From Octopus sinensis (Eukaryota), in assembly GCF_006345805.1 (NCBI RefSeq), contig NC_042998.1, forward strand, positions 6,510,001 to 6,574,000: a DNA stretch of 64,000 nucleotides. The letters are read 5' to 3'. Of the stretch, positions 1 to 12,168 are shown in pieces. A program made the translations under genes and the position numbers. The notes beneath the pieces were generated by a model. It worked only from the letters and a program-made list of their open reading frames with translations, had not been told where the DNA came from and ran no database searches. The stretch's first letter is position 1, and the number at the start of each line of letters is the position of its first letter.

Positions 1-180
1 AAGTTAATACAAGCTTCTGTGGTGCCACCAGCAGAATCACATAATGTGGATGGTAGATAGCAATGAAGTTAAAATGATGGACAACTGATCACATTATCCG
101 AATTTCAATCAAGCTTTACAACTAAAACAACCATGTGGTGTCTCTGTGCAAGGTAGATAACTCTGCTTGTTTTAATTTGT

Positions 181-790
181 CTTTTTTTTTTCTGCCTTTA
201 GCCCTCCAACGTAGAGTATAGGCCACTTATAGTTGAATTCCATGTCGCATAATTTTTGGCTTCTGTACTTATACTCAGCCATGAATGTCCCCTTTTCTCT
301 AGTTCCTTTTGTGTTGATCTACACCACTAGTTCTTAGGCCTACCCTTCTTTCTATATCCATCTGGTTTCCACTATAAAGCACTTTTCGCTACATTTGGTG
401 TATCTTTTCTAATTGTGCTACCAATCCACTTCCCCTTTTTCTTAAATATTTGCTCCCTAATCGAAACTTGATTTGTTCTTTGCCATAGCTCCATATTGCT
501 TATGTGTTCGGGCCATCTAATTTTAAGTATACTACGCAAGCATCTGTTGATGAATGATTCTATTTGCTTATTTGACTTAACTGTTGTTCGCCATGTCTCA
601 GTCCCTTACAATAACACCGCTTTTACGTTAGTGTTAAAAATTCTTAATTTGTTCTTTATTGAAATTACACTTGCGCTCCATCCTTTTTTTAACAGGTGAA
701 AAACGGTCCTTGCCTTACTTATTCTCAGTTTAATATCTTCGTCGGTGCCGCCTGAAAACGTTATCTTACTACCTAAATACATGATTTTGT
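181..790 (-). mobile_element. RTE-clade LINE 3' fragment, 5'-truncated
   Basis: Minus-strand frames give YLGSKITFSGGTDEDIKLRISKARTVFHLLKK and later KVLLYG-ETW and RWPEHIS-type motifs typical of the RTE C-terminal region. The 3' end with an A-tail is near 181. A close relative lies at 54258-54860. Confidence 0.8.
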
Positions 791-1233
791 GTGATAGTTG
801 TAAATGTTTGTCCTTAGCATGTGTGATAGTTGTAAATGTTTGTCCTTAGCATGCAGGCAATGTCTTCTAGCGCTCCATCCTTTTTTTAACAGGTGAAAAA
901 CGGTCCTTGCCTTACTTATTCTCAGTTTAATATCTTCGTCGGTGCCGCCTGAAAACGTTATCTTACTACCTAAATACATGATTTTGTGTGATAGTTGTAA
1001 TGTTTGTCCTTAGCATGTGTGATAGTTGTAAATGTTTGTCCTTAGCATGCAGGCAATGTCTTCTAGCGCTCCATCCTTTTTTTAACAGGTGAAAAACGGT
1101 CCTTGCCTTACTTATTCTCAGTTTAATATCTTCGTCGGTGCCGCCTGAAAACGTTATCTTACTACCTAAATAAATGATTTTGTGTGATAGTTGTAAATGT
1201 TTGTCCTTAGCATGCAGGCAATGTCTTCTAGCG
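673..1233. repeat. Tandem triplication of a ~197-bp unit spanning the RTE 5' junction
   Basis: Units start with gcgctccatcc at 673, 870 and 1066. The third unit ends at 1233. Confidence 0.9.
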
Positions 1234-2616
1234 GTAGAAATGTTTCTAATTTGTCTACCTGACACAAAACAAGTTCTGCACTTACATTAGTTGATCGGTT
1301 AGTAATAGAAAGACGGATCTAGTTACAAAAACACTAGCTCCAATCGAAAGAAACTACCTTACCATTACATCATCATCATCATCGTCGTTTTAACATCTAC
1401 TTTTCCATGTGAGCATGGGTCAGATGGAATTTGTCAAGGTGTATTTTCTACAGCTGGATGCCCTTCCTGTCACCTATCCTCACCTATTTCCAAGTAAAGT
1501 AATATTTCCCCCCCGTGCCCAGACATGTTTTCCTGGAATACTGGAAACGGAAGACACTGCCTTCATGCTGATGGCATACATTTACAGCTATCACCACAAA
1601 GTCAAAGCAAGGCGGAAGTAACAACACACAAACATTTACGCATGCATACACAGTAGGTAAAAAGCACCCACCACATTCTCAGAGTGGTTGGCGTTAGGAA
1701 GGGCATCCAGCTGTAGAAACTCTGCCAGATCAGATAGGAGCCTGGTGCAGATCACTGGCTTGCCAGACCTCAGTCAAACCGTCTAACCCATGCCAGCATG
1801 GAAAGCAGATGTTAAACAAATATGAAGATGATGATGATGATAATGATGACACGCAGGCGCACACACAATGACCTTCTTTCAGTTTCCGTCAACCAAATCC
1901 ACTCATAAGGCTTTGGTCAGCCCAGGGCTTTAGCCAAAGATACTTGCCCAAAATGCAACAGAGTGTAATTGAACCGGGAACCACATGGTTAGGAAGTAAA
2001 CTACATACCACAGTACCACACCTGCACCAGCAGGTATATAATTAAGTTAATTAGTTAAGCTAATTAATTTTGGCTCAAAAAGCAAAAAGCAAGGCCATGT
2101 AGGGGGACATGTAGTTATGTACAGGGTGGTGTTCATGTAAAGAGTTCAGGCCACTTGTGGTCAAGGGAGACTTTAAACAATTATATATAAACAATTATCG
2201 ATGTATTGCATAAATTATATGACACAGAGACCCTCTTCAATCATGAATGACCACAGGATTGCACCTAGAAAGTTCCCTTCCGAGGCACAAGTCCAAGCAA
2301 GGTTGTTTTTTATGGAAGACCAGAAGTCACCCATCCATATCAGTCTTCTTCACACCACCAATGTTTTATCCAAAGGAATCGCAAACATCAATATAGTTTG
2401 GCACCAGTGATTTCACAACTCATTTCCACAGCTGAGTGAACTGGAAAAGGTTTGAAATAAAGTGTCTTTGTTCAAGAACATAACACGCAACCCAGTCTGG
2501 GAATCGAACTCACAGCCTCAAGAGTGTGAGTCTGACACTCTACTCACTGAGCCATGTGCCTTCTATACGTGATACACATATAGCTATTAGAATATTAGTA
2601 AAAAGATTATGAAAAA

Positions 2617-3008
2617 TTAACACAGGCTGTGTGGTAAGTAGCTTGCTAACCAACCACATGGTTCCGGGTTCAGTCCCACTGCGTGGCACCTTGGGCAAGT
2701 GTCTTCTGCTATAGCCCCGGGCCGACCAATGCCTTGTGAGTGGATTTGGTAGACGGAAACTGAAAGAAGCCCGTCGTATATATGTATATATATATGTGTG
2801 TGCGTTTGTTTGTGTGTGTGTGTTTGTCCCCCTAGCATTGCTTGACAACCGATGCTGGTGTGTTTATGTCCCCGTCACTTAGCGGTTTGGCAAAAGAGAC
2901 CGATAGATTAAGTACTGGGCTTACAAAGAGTTGCTCGATTAAAGGTGGTGCTACAGCATGGCCACAGTCAAATGACTGAAACAAGTAAAAGAGTAAAAGA
3001 GTAAGAGT
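2617..3008 (+). mobile_element. tRNA-derived SINE, family A
   Basis: Head with A-box and B-box-like motifs (GGCTGTGTGG, GGTTCAGTCCC), internal (TA)/(TG) tract and (AAAGAGT)n tail. Many copies occur in the window. Confidence 0.85.
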
Positions 3009-3576
3009 ACTAACCACCGAAATCTCTAGCTTCAAAACTCAACATTCGAGTAAATTTTCCTGGTAAGGTTTTTATGGTGTGTGTGTGTGTGTGTGTGGTT
3101 TTGTTTTTTTGTTATTATTCTTATTTCTTTAATATCAGGAAAATTAATAACCACTGCCCAATGTCTGCCAATTATTAAGCAAAAGATAACAAAAGACATG
3201 AGAGAGAAGACTAAACTGCATAAATATTCCTAATAGTTCCCGGTGTCAGTAATCTGCCAAGTTCCAGAATTTTTGGAACCAAAGTGACAAGCGATATGCG
3301 CAGCACCAAAAATTTTCATTAAAATATTAGACATGTAAACAGTTCTGCAAGTGCTGTAACTGCAGAATCAGTGATGCATATCAACATTACGCAAACCTGT
3401 ATTTTCATGCCACCGACAAAATAATAAAGCATTCAAACCTACAACGGCCGCTGCAAGGGCTAACATGCATATTGTAAGCACAATTATAATATTCAGCATA
3501 GCAATATTTTTCTAATAAGCCGTTTTGCATTATGTGGTGCAGCTGTTCTCTTGTATAAGAACCATAAATGCTGCAA

Positions 3577-3692
3577 CTACAACAATATTGTTATAACATC
3601 ATTGAAATGCGGTTTCCTGTCGATGTCTTTCAACTGAAATATTCCACTGACAGAACAATACAAAGTAGATCTGAAAGCAACAGTCGGAAGAT
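3577..3692 (-). CDS. Candidate terminal coding exon of an unidentified gene (D-LPTVAFRSTLYCSVSGIFQLKDIDRKPHFNDVITILL*)
   Basis: Acceptor tttcttcccctctcAG. Phase matches the 3808-3947 exon across a 115-nt GT-AG intron. The frame stays open for 38 codons to TAG. No homolog recognised. Confidence 0.4.
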
Positions 3693-3807
3693 CTGAGAGG
3701 GGAAGAAATATTTTTAAGTGTACAGAAACTTAAATCACATCATAAGGTTATTCAAAAACAGTGGCACGTAATTTCTGACTTATCTCTTAAAGAAATTACA
3801 AAATTAC

Positions 3808-3947
3808 CAATAGTAATGTCCTTGTGCTTTCTCCTCTGTTCAGTGATTGCTTTTATGTGAATGACATTAAAGCCGGATGGACCTAGCCATTCTTCCACGA
3901 CAGCTTTTACCTGATATTTGTTACAGTAACCACTCATAAGGTGTCTA
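3808..3947 (-). CDS. Candidate internal coding exon of an unidentified gene (RHLMSGYCNKYQVKAVVEEWLGPSGFNVIHIKAITEQRRKHKDITI)
   Basis: Acceptor ctttgtctttcAG, donor G/GTAATT, non-repetitive sequence, only one open frame. An alternative internal donor CAG/GTAAAA also exists. Confidence 0.5.
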
Positions 3948-5467
3948 CTGAAAGACAAAGAGTCAAGTTACCCTTAGCTTTGATGGGTGTTAAGTGAGAA
4001 CAACATCCATCAAAGATAGACTCGTTTATAGAGCATTCAAATTTTGATTGGCTATGAAAACATTAACACTTATTAAGAGTCATTTAAGAGACCTCATTAA
4101 TTATTGCTCATGTAACTTCCTCCTATTTAGGATAACAAAGTTACTTTGATATTGTTTATATATTTACAACAATTTGTACAAGACTACAAATGAAACTGAC
4201 ATCCTCCCAGTTACTCTGACAAATTAAATTAACGAAGCTAATCATCAGACAAGCTGTTTATTGTTTTAAGTATGAAATAGAAACTCAGTAATTGTGAACA
4301 CTGTCACGGCTCAGAATAATCAAAACAAGATCAATGAAATGTCTTCTTTTGGAATCAAAATATAATCAAAAGAATTCTAGAGTGGTAAGTTAGTGAGGGG
4401 TTATTTACATCAGTAAAAACTGGGATTAGAATTCAACCAGAAAAAGCAACCTACAACACTTTCCCTTCCTCTTCTTCATAAAGCAAAGGCAAAACAAACT
4501 TGAGCCCCACTCCTGAGAAAAACATGCAAAGTCTAAAACACTAGAATATACTCATAACACATGGCGTTAAGAAGGGCATGCAGCTGTAGAAACTCTGCCA
4601 GATCAGATTGGAGCCTGGTGCAGTCATCTGGTTCACCAGTCCTCAGTCAAATCATCCAACCCATGCTAGTATGGAAAGCGGACGTTAAATGATGATGATG
4701 ATGCTTAGACTCTGATCAGCCTTCATCAAGTAGAACTACAATTAAATGTATTCCAAATTTGACCACCTCATTTTATATTTTCAAATAATGTATCTAACAA
4801 CATATCATCCAATGCTTGGGGTATCTGGGTGGAGTAGTACCTCTGCTGGGGGAACATGTGGCGCTCTTCAGAGTAGTTCATCTGTTTTGGTCCTCACTTG
4901 ACACCGAGCTCTTACCTGTGGCTGCCTAAAGCTGTCTGCATGCAACAGTAGCCACACTCCAGGCAAAGGGTTCTACAGGCTGGATAAACCTTGATGAAGG
5001 TAGCTGACCACCCTCAAACTCTTGGTGAGCTTGGGCATATCTACATGTGCATGTGAAGATTTGACCAGCAGACTGCAGAGGAGACTATCAGATTGGTTCA
5101 ATGGGCAGGAAGGCAGGTCAACAAGCATTGTGAAGCATAAACAGGGCACAGGAAAATGAAGGACGCTGCCGCCATCCAATGCAGCCCAACCTATCTCCAG
5201 TTGTTTTGACTTTGTCCTGCCACTGGAATCAGACAGGAAGAGACAAGAGAGTGAAGCAGATGACACTGTGCAACCCTCCCTAACTTTAATCCATGACAAA
5301 TGCCAGTCAAGACATGACACCATCCCTTTTCCAATGCAGCAGGGTGTAATTTGAGAGAAACTTGGCTACTAGTTCTAGCAGGACAAGCAAAGGTGCCTCC
5401 ACTTTTGCTCACTCGCAACTTTTGATTTAACAGCATAGGCCAACAATGCTTAAAATTGTTTGAGTTG

Positions 5468-6290
5468 TCATCGTCATCATTTAACATCTGCTTTCTATGC
5501 TAGCATGGGTTGGACAGTTTGACTGAAAACTAGTAAGCCGTGGGTGTGGGGGCGGGGGGGGCTGCACCAGGTTCCGACCTGATTCGGCAAGGTTGATCTG
5601 ATTTGGCCGGACGCCCTTCTTAACACCAACCACTTGGTGATTATAGGTGTGTATTTTAAGTGCCACCAGCATGGGTGCCATTGGGCTGACATCCACATCA
5701 GCCACGACTATGATCTCATTTGGCCTGACAGGTCTACACAAGCACAGTTTATCGCCAAAGGTCTTGGTCACCTGTCACTGCCTCCACGAAGCCCAATGCT
5801 CAAACAGTGTTATTTACATGCCACCAGCATGGGTGCCAGTCAGACTGCACTAGAATTGGCCATAACTATGATTTCACACGGTTCTTCACAAGCATAGTAT
5901 ATTGCCTGACACTTGAAGGGTGCTTTTAATTGGTCAGTTACAGGACACTGACACTGGCCACAACTACGATCTCACTTGGCTTGACGTGACTGCCTCTATG
6001 AGGCCTAATGCTTGAACAATGCTTTTTACGTCCCACCAGCACAGGTGCCAGTCAGACAGCACTGGCATCAGCCATGACTACAATTTCACTTGGTTCAACA
6101 GAACTTCACAAGCACAGCATATCACTCAATGATTGAAGGGTGCTTTTAACGGGCCCGTTACATTACACTGGCACTGGCCTTGACTCAGATCTCACTTGGT
6201 TTGATGGGTCTTCTCAAGCACGGCATATCTTTAAAGGTCTCAGTCACTTGTCATTGCTTCTGTGAGGCCCAACATTCGAAGATCATGCTT
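5468..6290 (-). mobile_element. Family B retroposon (RTE-like 3' tail) with about five decayed internal subrepeats
   Basis: Reverse complement of the ...AACCCATGCTAGCATGGAAAGCGGACGTTAAA(TGA)n tail, plus recurring gtgccaccagcac...gatctcacttggc units. Confidence 0.7.
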
Positions 6291-6295
6291 AACCA

Positions 6296-6800
6296 TGAGG
6301 ACCATGATGAATAGGAGAGGGCTGAGGACAGAGCCTTGGTGAACTAAACTAAACTCATCAGTGTACCCTTACCTTACTAACAGTACCCCTATACACAGCC
6401 TGTACTTTTTTTTACAAGCTATTCATCTAACCCTAGCTTCCTCAGAGACCAATTTATCACAGATCAAGATACTCTATCAAAGGCTTTCTCTAAATCAACA
6501 AATACCATCTCATCCCGTGTCTTCCTCGGTCTAACTCTTCCACAGGTTCCCTCCACTATTAGAGTGCAACACTTTTTCACACAGCTGTCCTCATCCATAC
6601 ATATCACATGACCATACCTCTTGCGCAGTCATGCCTCTTGCACACCACATCTGATGCTTCTGATGTCCAACTTTTCTCTCAGGATGTTTACACACTCTCT
6701 TGCATTCACATTGACATTATACATCCAGTGGAGCATACTAGCTTCATTTCTTACAAGCCTATGCATGTCCTCAAGCTTCTTCCAGTTTCTATCAACTAAG
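6296..6800 (-). mobile_element. Rearranged RTE LINE fragments
   Basis: EDMHRLVRNEASMLHWMYNV (C-terminal region) is followed on the minus strand by the RT motif VFVDLEKAFDR, which is out of the normal order. Confidence 0.7.
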
Positions 6801-6952
6801 TCTACTTCCATGGCTTTGGTCAGCCCAGAGCTATTACAGAAGTCATTTGCCTTGCCCAAGGTGCCAGAAGTTTCGTGTATGAAGACCAGTAGAACAAAAA
6901 CAAAAGCACCTTTACAAGTAAAGGTTATTGACAGGAAGTGCATCTGGATATA

Positions 6953-7363
6953 CTCTTTACTCTTTTACTTGTTTCAGTCATTTGACTGCGGCCATGCTGG
7001 AGCACCGCCTTTAGTCGAGCAAATCGACCTCGGGACTTATTCTTTGTAAGCCCAGTACTTATTCTATCGGTCTCTTTTGCCAAACCGCTAAGTGATGGGG
7101 ACATAAACACACCAGCATCGGTTGTCAAGCAATGCTAGGGGGACAAACACAGACACACAAACACATACACACACATACATATATATATATACATATATAC
7201 GACAGGCTTCTTTCAGTTTCCGTCTACCAAATCCACTCACAAGGCATTGGTCGGCCCGGGGCTATAGCAGAAGACACTTGCCCAAGATGCCACGCAGTGG
7301 GACTGAACCTGGAACCATGTGGTTGGTTAGCAAGCTACTTACCACACAGCCACTCCTGCGCCT
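6953..7363 (-). mobile_element. SINE family A, full length
   Basis: Full antisense copy ending in ccactcctgcgcc, the reverse complement of the head. Confidence 0.85.
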
Positions 7364-9295
7364 ATGAAAATTTCTTCACTAACTTTTGTCTAACCCTTGC
7401 TTGCACGGAAAAGCAGAGGACATAAAAATGCTGATACGGGTAAGTTTATACCAGAACACTAATAAAAGACCTGCTATTCAAGTGATACATCATTGCTCTC
7501 AAACAGTTCTCCAATCCAATTTTTCCATCTGCTTTTGAAGAAATCTCTGCATTTTTCTCCCAACACAAACCAAACTATTAGATAAGAATGCATTACTTAA
7601 ACCATTCATTTCTTCATAAAATATAATAATAGAAAACACTGGCAAGATAGTTTCACTAACAATTGCCCAATTACAGCTTTAACAAATAACCAGAAAGGAA
7701 AACGGACAACAAAAATAGCTTTGTATTGAATTAAGGAAAATAGAAGACTGCTGTAACCAAACAATCACAACAGTATTTTTCCCTCCTTTTTTTTACCTTG
7801 TTTTCCTTCTCTCTTTTTTTTTTCTTTTTTTTTTTTTTTTTTCTTCAATCAGAAAGCTTTTGAAAAGGCTAAAATAGAGAGCTTAGTCAAAATATTCCTG
7901 AAATGAAAACAGAACAGCAAAGACAATTCAGGCTTGTGGAAATCAAGATAAATCAATGACTTAACCATTTATCACACATAAAGAAAATCTCTTCTGTACA
8001 CAGGAAAACGGTCTCATGTATTAAATTCGATGATTAATACAATGTGCCCATCACAACATTTTTTTTTGTTTTATATTTATGTTGTTATTATTATTAACAT
8101 TGTCGTTGTTGAAATGGTTCATAACGTCATCATCACCTATTTTTATGACAAATGAACAGTTCAATAGGAAAATATTTGTTATCTTCAATGAAACTATTTT
8201 CCTATAAAAATTAATCTATTTCAAGAAATGTTTACACAATTCCTGTAAAATTTTTCTTTCTTTTTTTATATCTCTTTCTCAATGTAAATGTGCTGGAAAT
8301 GTATTATTGCAGAGAAGTGAAATGGAGTCAATCACCAAATAGGAACTGATACAGGGGAGGTGAGGAGGATGCATGGGGGAGGAAGATTTTAGTCAATTTC
8401 ACTGCTTGGAGCAAGATCTTTGGTGCTAGTGGTACAATAAAATGCAACGAGTCCACATTGTAAGAACAGACACAACTGGACAATTTATTCTGTTGCTATG
8501 TGATCAAGATGATGAGGAGCACTGAGACAGCCAACCCGACCCAAGCCAAGTCTTGACTGATTATCTTCATCATTTAATGTACTTCTTCCGTGCATGCTTG
8601 GGTAGGACAGCTGACAGGCACCAGCCACATAGAAGACTACTCCAAGCTACTGAGTCTGTTTGGGAGGGTTTTTACAGCTGGATGCCCTTCCTAACACCAA
8701 CCACTCTGCAGTGTAGACGCAGTACTTTTTTACGTGACACTAGCACAGGCAGGGTTAGTTTTGGCATGAAATTTACAGCTGGATGCCTTTCCAAATGCCA
8801 ACCACTTTACAGTGTGGACTGGATGCTTTTTGTGTGGCACCAGCACTGGCAGGGTCACCAAGTAACTCACAAGGCAAAGTAATTCTGAGAAGGGTAGGAG
8901 GAGCATTTGAGGAGGGAACTTGTGTCAGGGGATGAAAGATTACAGTGTGACAGAGAGGCAGAAACTGGTGTCTTGCTATAACAGAGGGTGCACTGGAAGA
9001 GGTGATCCGGTGTCAAATGATGAGAGTGTCACACAGAAATAGAGAGGCAGAAACGTGTCTAACCGTGGGGGTGGGGGCTATTTCCAATGTCAGTGAATAG
9101 AAAGTGTTCTGCTGAACAGAAAATGCTCTGTTCATGGCTAAGAGTTACTTTGACTCTTATTTCTAGCAATGCTTGTGCTGACTTGCACCCTAAGTCACTC
9201 TTAGTGATGTCTGTATTTGTGCCTTTTGGTTTTAAATTGCATCTAGTCACTTTAATAATTATATATATATATATATAATATATATATATATATAT

Positions 9296-9868
9296 CATCA
9301 TCATCATCATCATCATCATCGTTTAACGTCCGTTCTCCATGCTAGCATGGGTTGGACGGTTCGACCGGGGATCTGGGAAGCCAGAAGGCTGCACCAGGCT
9401 CCAGTCTTATCTGGCAATGTTTCTACGGCTGGATGCCCTTCCTAACGCCAACCACTCCGTGAGTGTAGTGGGTGCTTTTTACGTGCCACCTGCACAGGTG
9501 CCAGGCGAGGCTGGCAACGGCCACGGTCGGATTGGTGTATTTTACGTGCCACCGGCACGGAAGCCAGTCGAGGCGGCGCTGGCATCGGCCACGAGTCGGA
9601 TAGTGCTTTTTACGTACCACCAGACCAGGGATCCTGGCTGGTTCAATTCGATTTCGATTTCGCTTGCCCCAACATGTCTTCGCAAGCAAAAGGGGTTGGC
9701 ATGGGTGCCTGTCGTCGGATGAGGTTCTATATCGACTTCGCTTGCCTCAACAGGTCTTTGTGTCCAAGGGAGGAAAGGCATGCATAAGTGGGCTGGGCTC
9801 ACTTGTCCTGCCTGGTCTTCTCGCGTACAGCATATTTCCAAAGGTCTCGGTAGCTGGTCATTTCCTTA
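9296..9868 (-). mobile_element. Family B retroposon, long young copy
   Basis: (CAT)n followed by gtttaacgtccg... Nearly identical to 47445-47745 over the shared part. Confidence 0.8.
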
Positions 9869-10069
9869 GTGAGGCCTTATATATATATATATATATATAC
9901 ACAAACACATATACATATATATATGTTTGATTTCTTGCTTACTAGGATCTTGATCTTTGCTAACTTAAGACCCTTTGATTACAGGTTCTGTTTCCACAAC
10001 TGGAATTTCTTTTCTAATTCTGTTACAAATTCTACTACAGGGGCTAGATCATCAGCATATAGTAGTTCC

Positions 10070-10335
10070 CATGGGCTTCCAGTCTTAAATTTGTCTGTTA
10101 CGGCCTGGAGGACGATGATGAATAGGAGAGGGCTGAGGACAGAGCCTTGGTGAACACCTACCTGTAAACTAAACTCATCAGTGTACCCTTACCTTACTAA
10201 CAGTACCCCTGTACACAGCCTGTACTTTCTTTACAAGCTAATCATCTAACCCTAGCTTCCTCTGAAACCAATTTATCACAGATCAAGGTACTCTATCAAA
10301 AGCTTTCTCTAAATCAACAAATGCCATGTTCAATG
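10070..10335 (-). mobile_element. RTE RT-domain fragment
   Basis: Encodes MAFVDLEKAFDRV and a QGSVLSPLLFII-type motif. Closely matches 6304-6507. Confidence 0.7.
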
Positions 10336-10337
10336 TC

Positions 10338-10710
10338 TCTACCAACCACATGGTTCCAAGTTCAGTCCCACTGCATGGCACCTTGGGCATGTGTCTTCTA
10401 CTATAAACTTGGGCTAACCAAAGCCTTGTGAGTAGATTTGGTAGACGGAAACTGAAAGAAGCCCATCGTATATATGTACATATATATGTGTGTGTTTGTG
10501 TTTATCCCCCCCACCACCACCACCACCAACATCGTTTGACAACCAATGGTAGTGTGTTTACGTTCCCATAACTTAGCGGTTCAGCAAAAGAGACCGATAG
10601 AATAAGTGCTAGGCTTACAAAGAATAAGTCCTGGGGTCAATTTGGTTGACTAAAGGTGGTGCTCTGGCATGGCCACAGTCAAATGACTGAAGCAAGTAAA
10701 AGAGAAAGAG
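10338..10710 (+). mobile_element. SINE family A, 5'-truncated
   Basis: Matches the family A body and tail. Confidence 0.8.
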
Positions 10711-10716
10711 AGAGCC

Positions 10717-10955
10717 ACCCAAGTATTTCTTTCTTTACTACCCTCAAGGGGCTAAATACAGAGGGGTCAAACAAGGACAGACAAACGGATTAAGTCGATT
10801 ACATCGACCCCAGTGCGTAACTGGTACTTAATTTATCGACCCCGAAAGGATGAAAGGCAAAGTCGACCTCGGCGGAATTTGAACTCAGAACGTAACGGCA
10901 GACGAAATACGGCTACGCATTTCGCCCGGCGTGCTACCGTTTTTGCCAGCTCGCC
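10717..10955 (-). mobile_element. tRNA-derived SINE, family C
   Basis: Antisense of GAGCTGGCA...GAGTTCAAATTCCGCCGAGGTCGACTTTGCCTTTCATCC...GTAGTAAAGAAATA. Confidence 0.8.
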
Positions 10956-11436
10956 AACCAAGTATTAATATCATATAATGTGTGTCTTCTCCATCTTGCA
11001 AATTCTTTATTTGATAAAAAAAAAAAGAGGTAAAGAAATAACTGATACACTTCAGTGATCTTACGTACTGTTCGTTTCAGTGGAGTTATTAATACTGTCA
11101 GTAACTGCATTATGCTTATTTAAAATTTTTGTGTTTAAGCTTACATCATTTGTGTGCAAGTGATTAAATAGGCAGAAATAATTAAGGTCTAATCATCAGT
11201 ACACTCACACACACACACACACATATATTCATCATATGTGGAGAGAGAGAGAGAGAGAGAGAAGTAAGTCTTAATTGATTATGACATGCACACCACACAA
11301 ATGCACAAGGTTGTGCAACTTGAACAACCAATGTCAGTTAACAAAAACGAAAAGTTTTACCCACTTCTAAATTACTTTCTATACAGCTCACGTATGTGTT
11401 TGTGTACATACACACTCAGACACACACACACACACA

Positions 11437-11486
<50 letters not shown>

Positions 11487-11529
11487 TATAAAGTTAATCC
11501 AAACAAGAAAACAAAAAAAAAAACACAAC

Positions 11530-11868
11530 AACGCAAGGACGTGGAACAAATAAAGTATTATTGGACGCTCAGGAAAGAAGGGAAGAAGGAGGGTTTGACA
11601 TTTCGAGCGGAGCTCTTCGTCGGAAACATAGGAGAAGGAAAGATCAGGAGAAGGGAAGACGGGAAAGTTTACGAAAATTAACAAAAGACGAAGGAAGGTG
11701 GTGTACAAACAAACAAATGTATTAGTATAGCGCTCAGGAATAGAACAAGTCTTTTACGTTTCGAGCCTACGCTCTTCAACAGAAAGATACACAGAAAAAA
11801 ACAAGGAGAGAAAAAAATGCGTGTAGGAGCTAACGATCTATCATGGCATCCTGACTTCGGACAGTGGT
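11530..11868 (-). mobile_element. Penelope-like non-autonomous repeat with two tandem degenerate hammerhead motifs
   Basis: Minus strand reads CCGACGA-A-GAGC-TCC-GCTC-GAAA and CTGTTGA-A-GAGC-GTAG-GCTC-GAAAC, about 160 bp apart. Confidence 0.55.
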
Positions 11869-11914
11869 ATACATACACACATATATATATATATATACAC
11901 ACACACATATACAT

Positions 11915-11945
<31 letters not shown>

Positions 11946-12033
11946 CACACACACACATATATATACACACACACACACATATATATATACACACACACAC
12001 ACACATATATACACACACACCACACACATATAT

Positions 12034-12068
<35 letters not shown>

Positions 12069-12093
12069 CATATATACACACACACACATATAT

Positions 12094-12168
<75 letters not shown>
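11869..12168. repeat. Compound (AC)n/(AT)n microsatellite
   Basis: Seen directly. It is the source of the spurious His/Thr and Cys/Val ORFs. Confidence 0.95.

Noticed and set aside
2540-2848. Recurring MSSNARG..., MLGGQT... and MLAWVG... ORFs that look like a gene family
   Set aside because: They are antisense read-throughs of SINE families A and B and recur wherever those repeats occur.
3300-3576. Selenocysteine read-through or further coding in the region after the candidate stop
   Set aside because: Several frames have moderate open stretches, but none is continuous and I see no SECIS-like structure.
3808-3870. GFNVIHIKAITEQRRK resembling a cereblon Lon-domain strand, and DLPTV resembling DDX49 GLDIPTV
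   Set aside because: The similarity does not extend into the flanking residues and is treated as chance.
5640-6200. Repeat-spacer-like pattern of GTGCCACC units suggesting a CRISPR array
   Set aside because: The spacers are homologous to each other, the units are internal to a retroposon, the context is eukaryotic and there are no cas genes.
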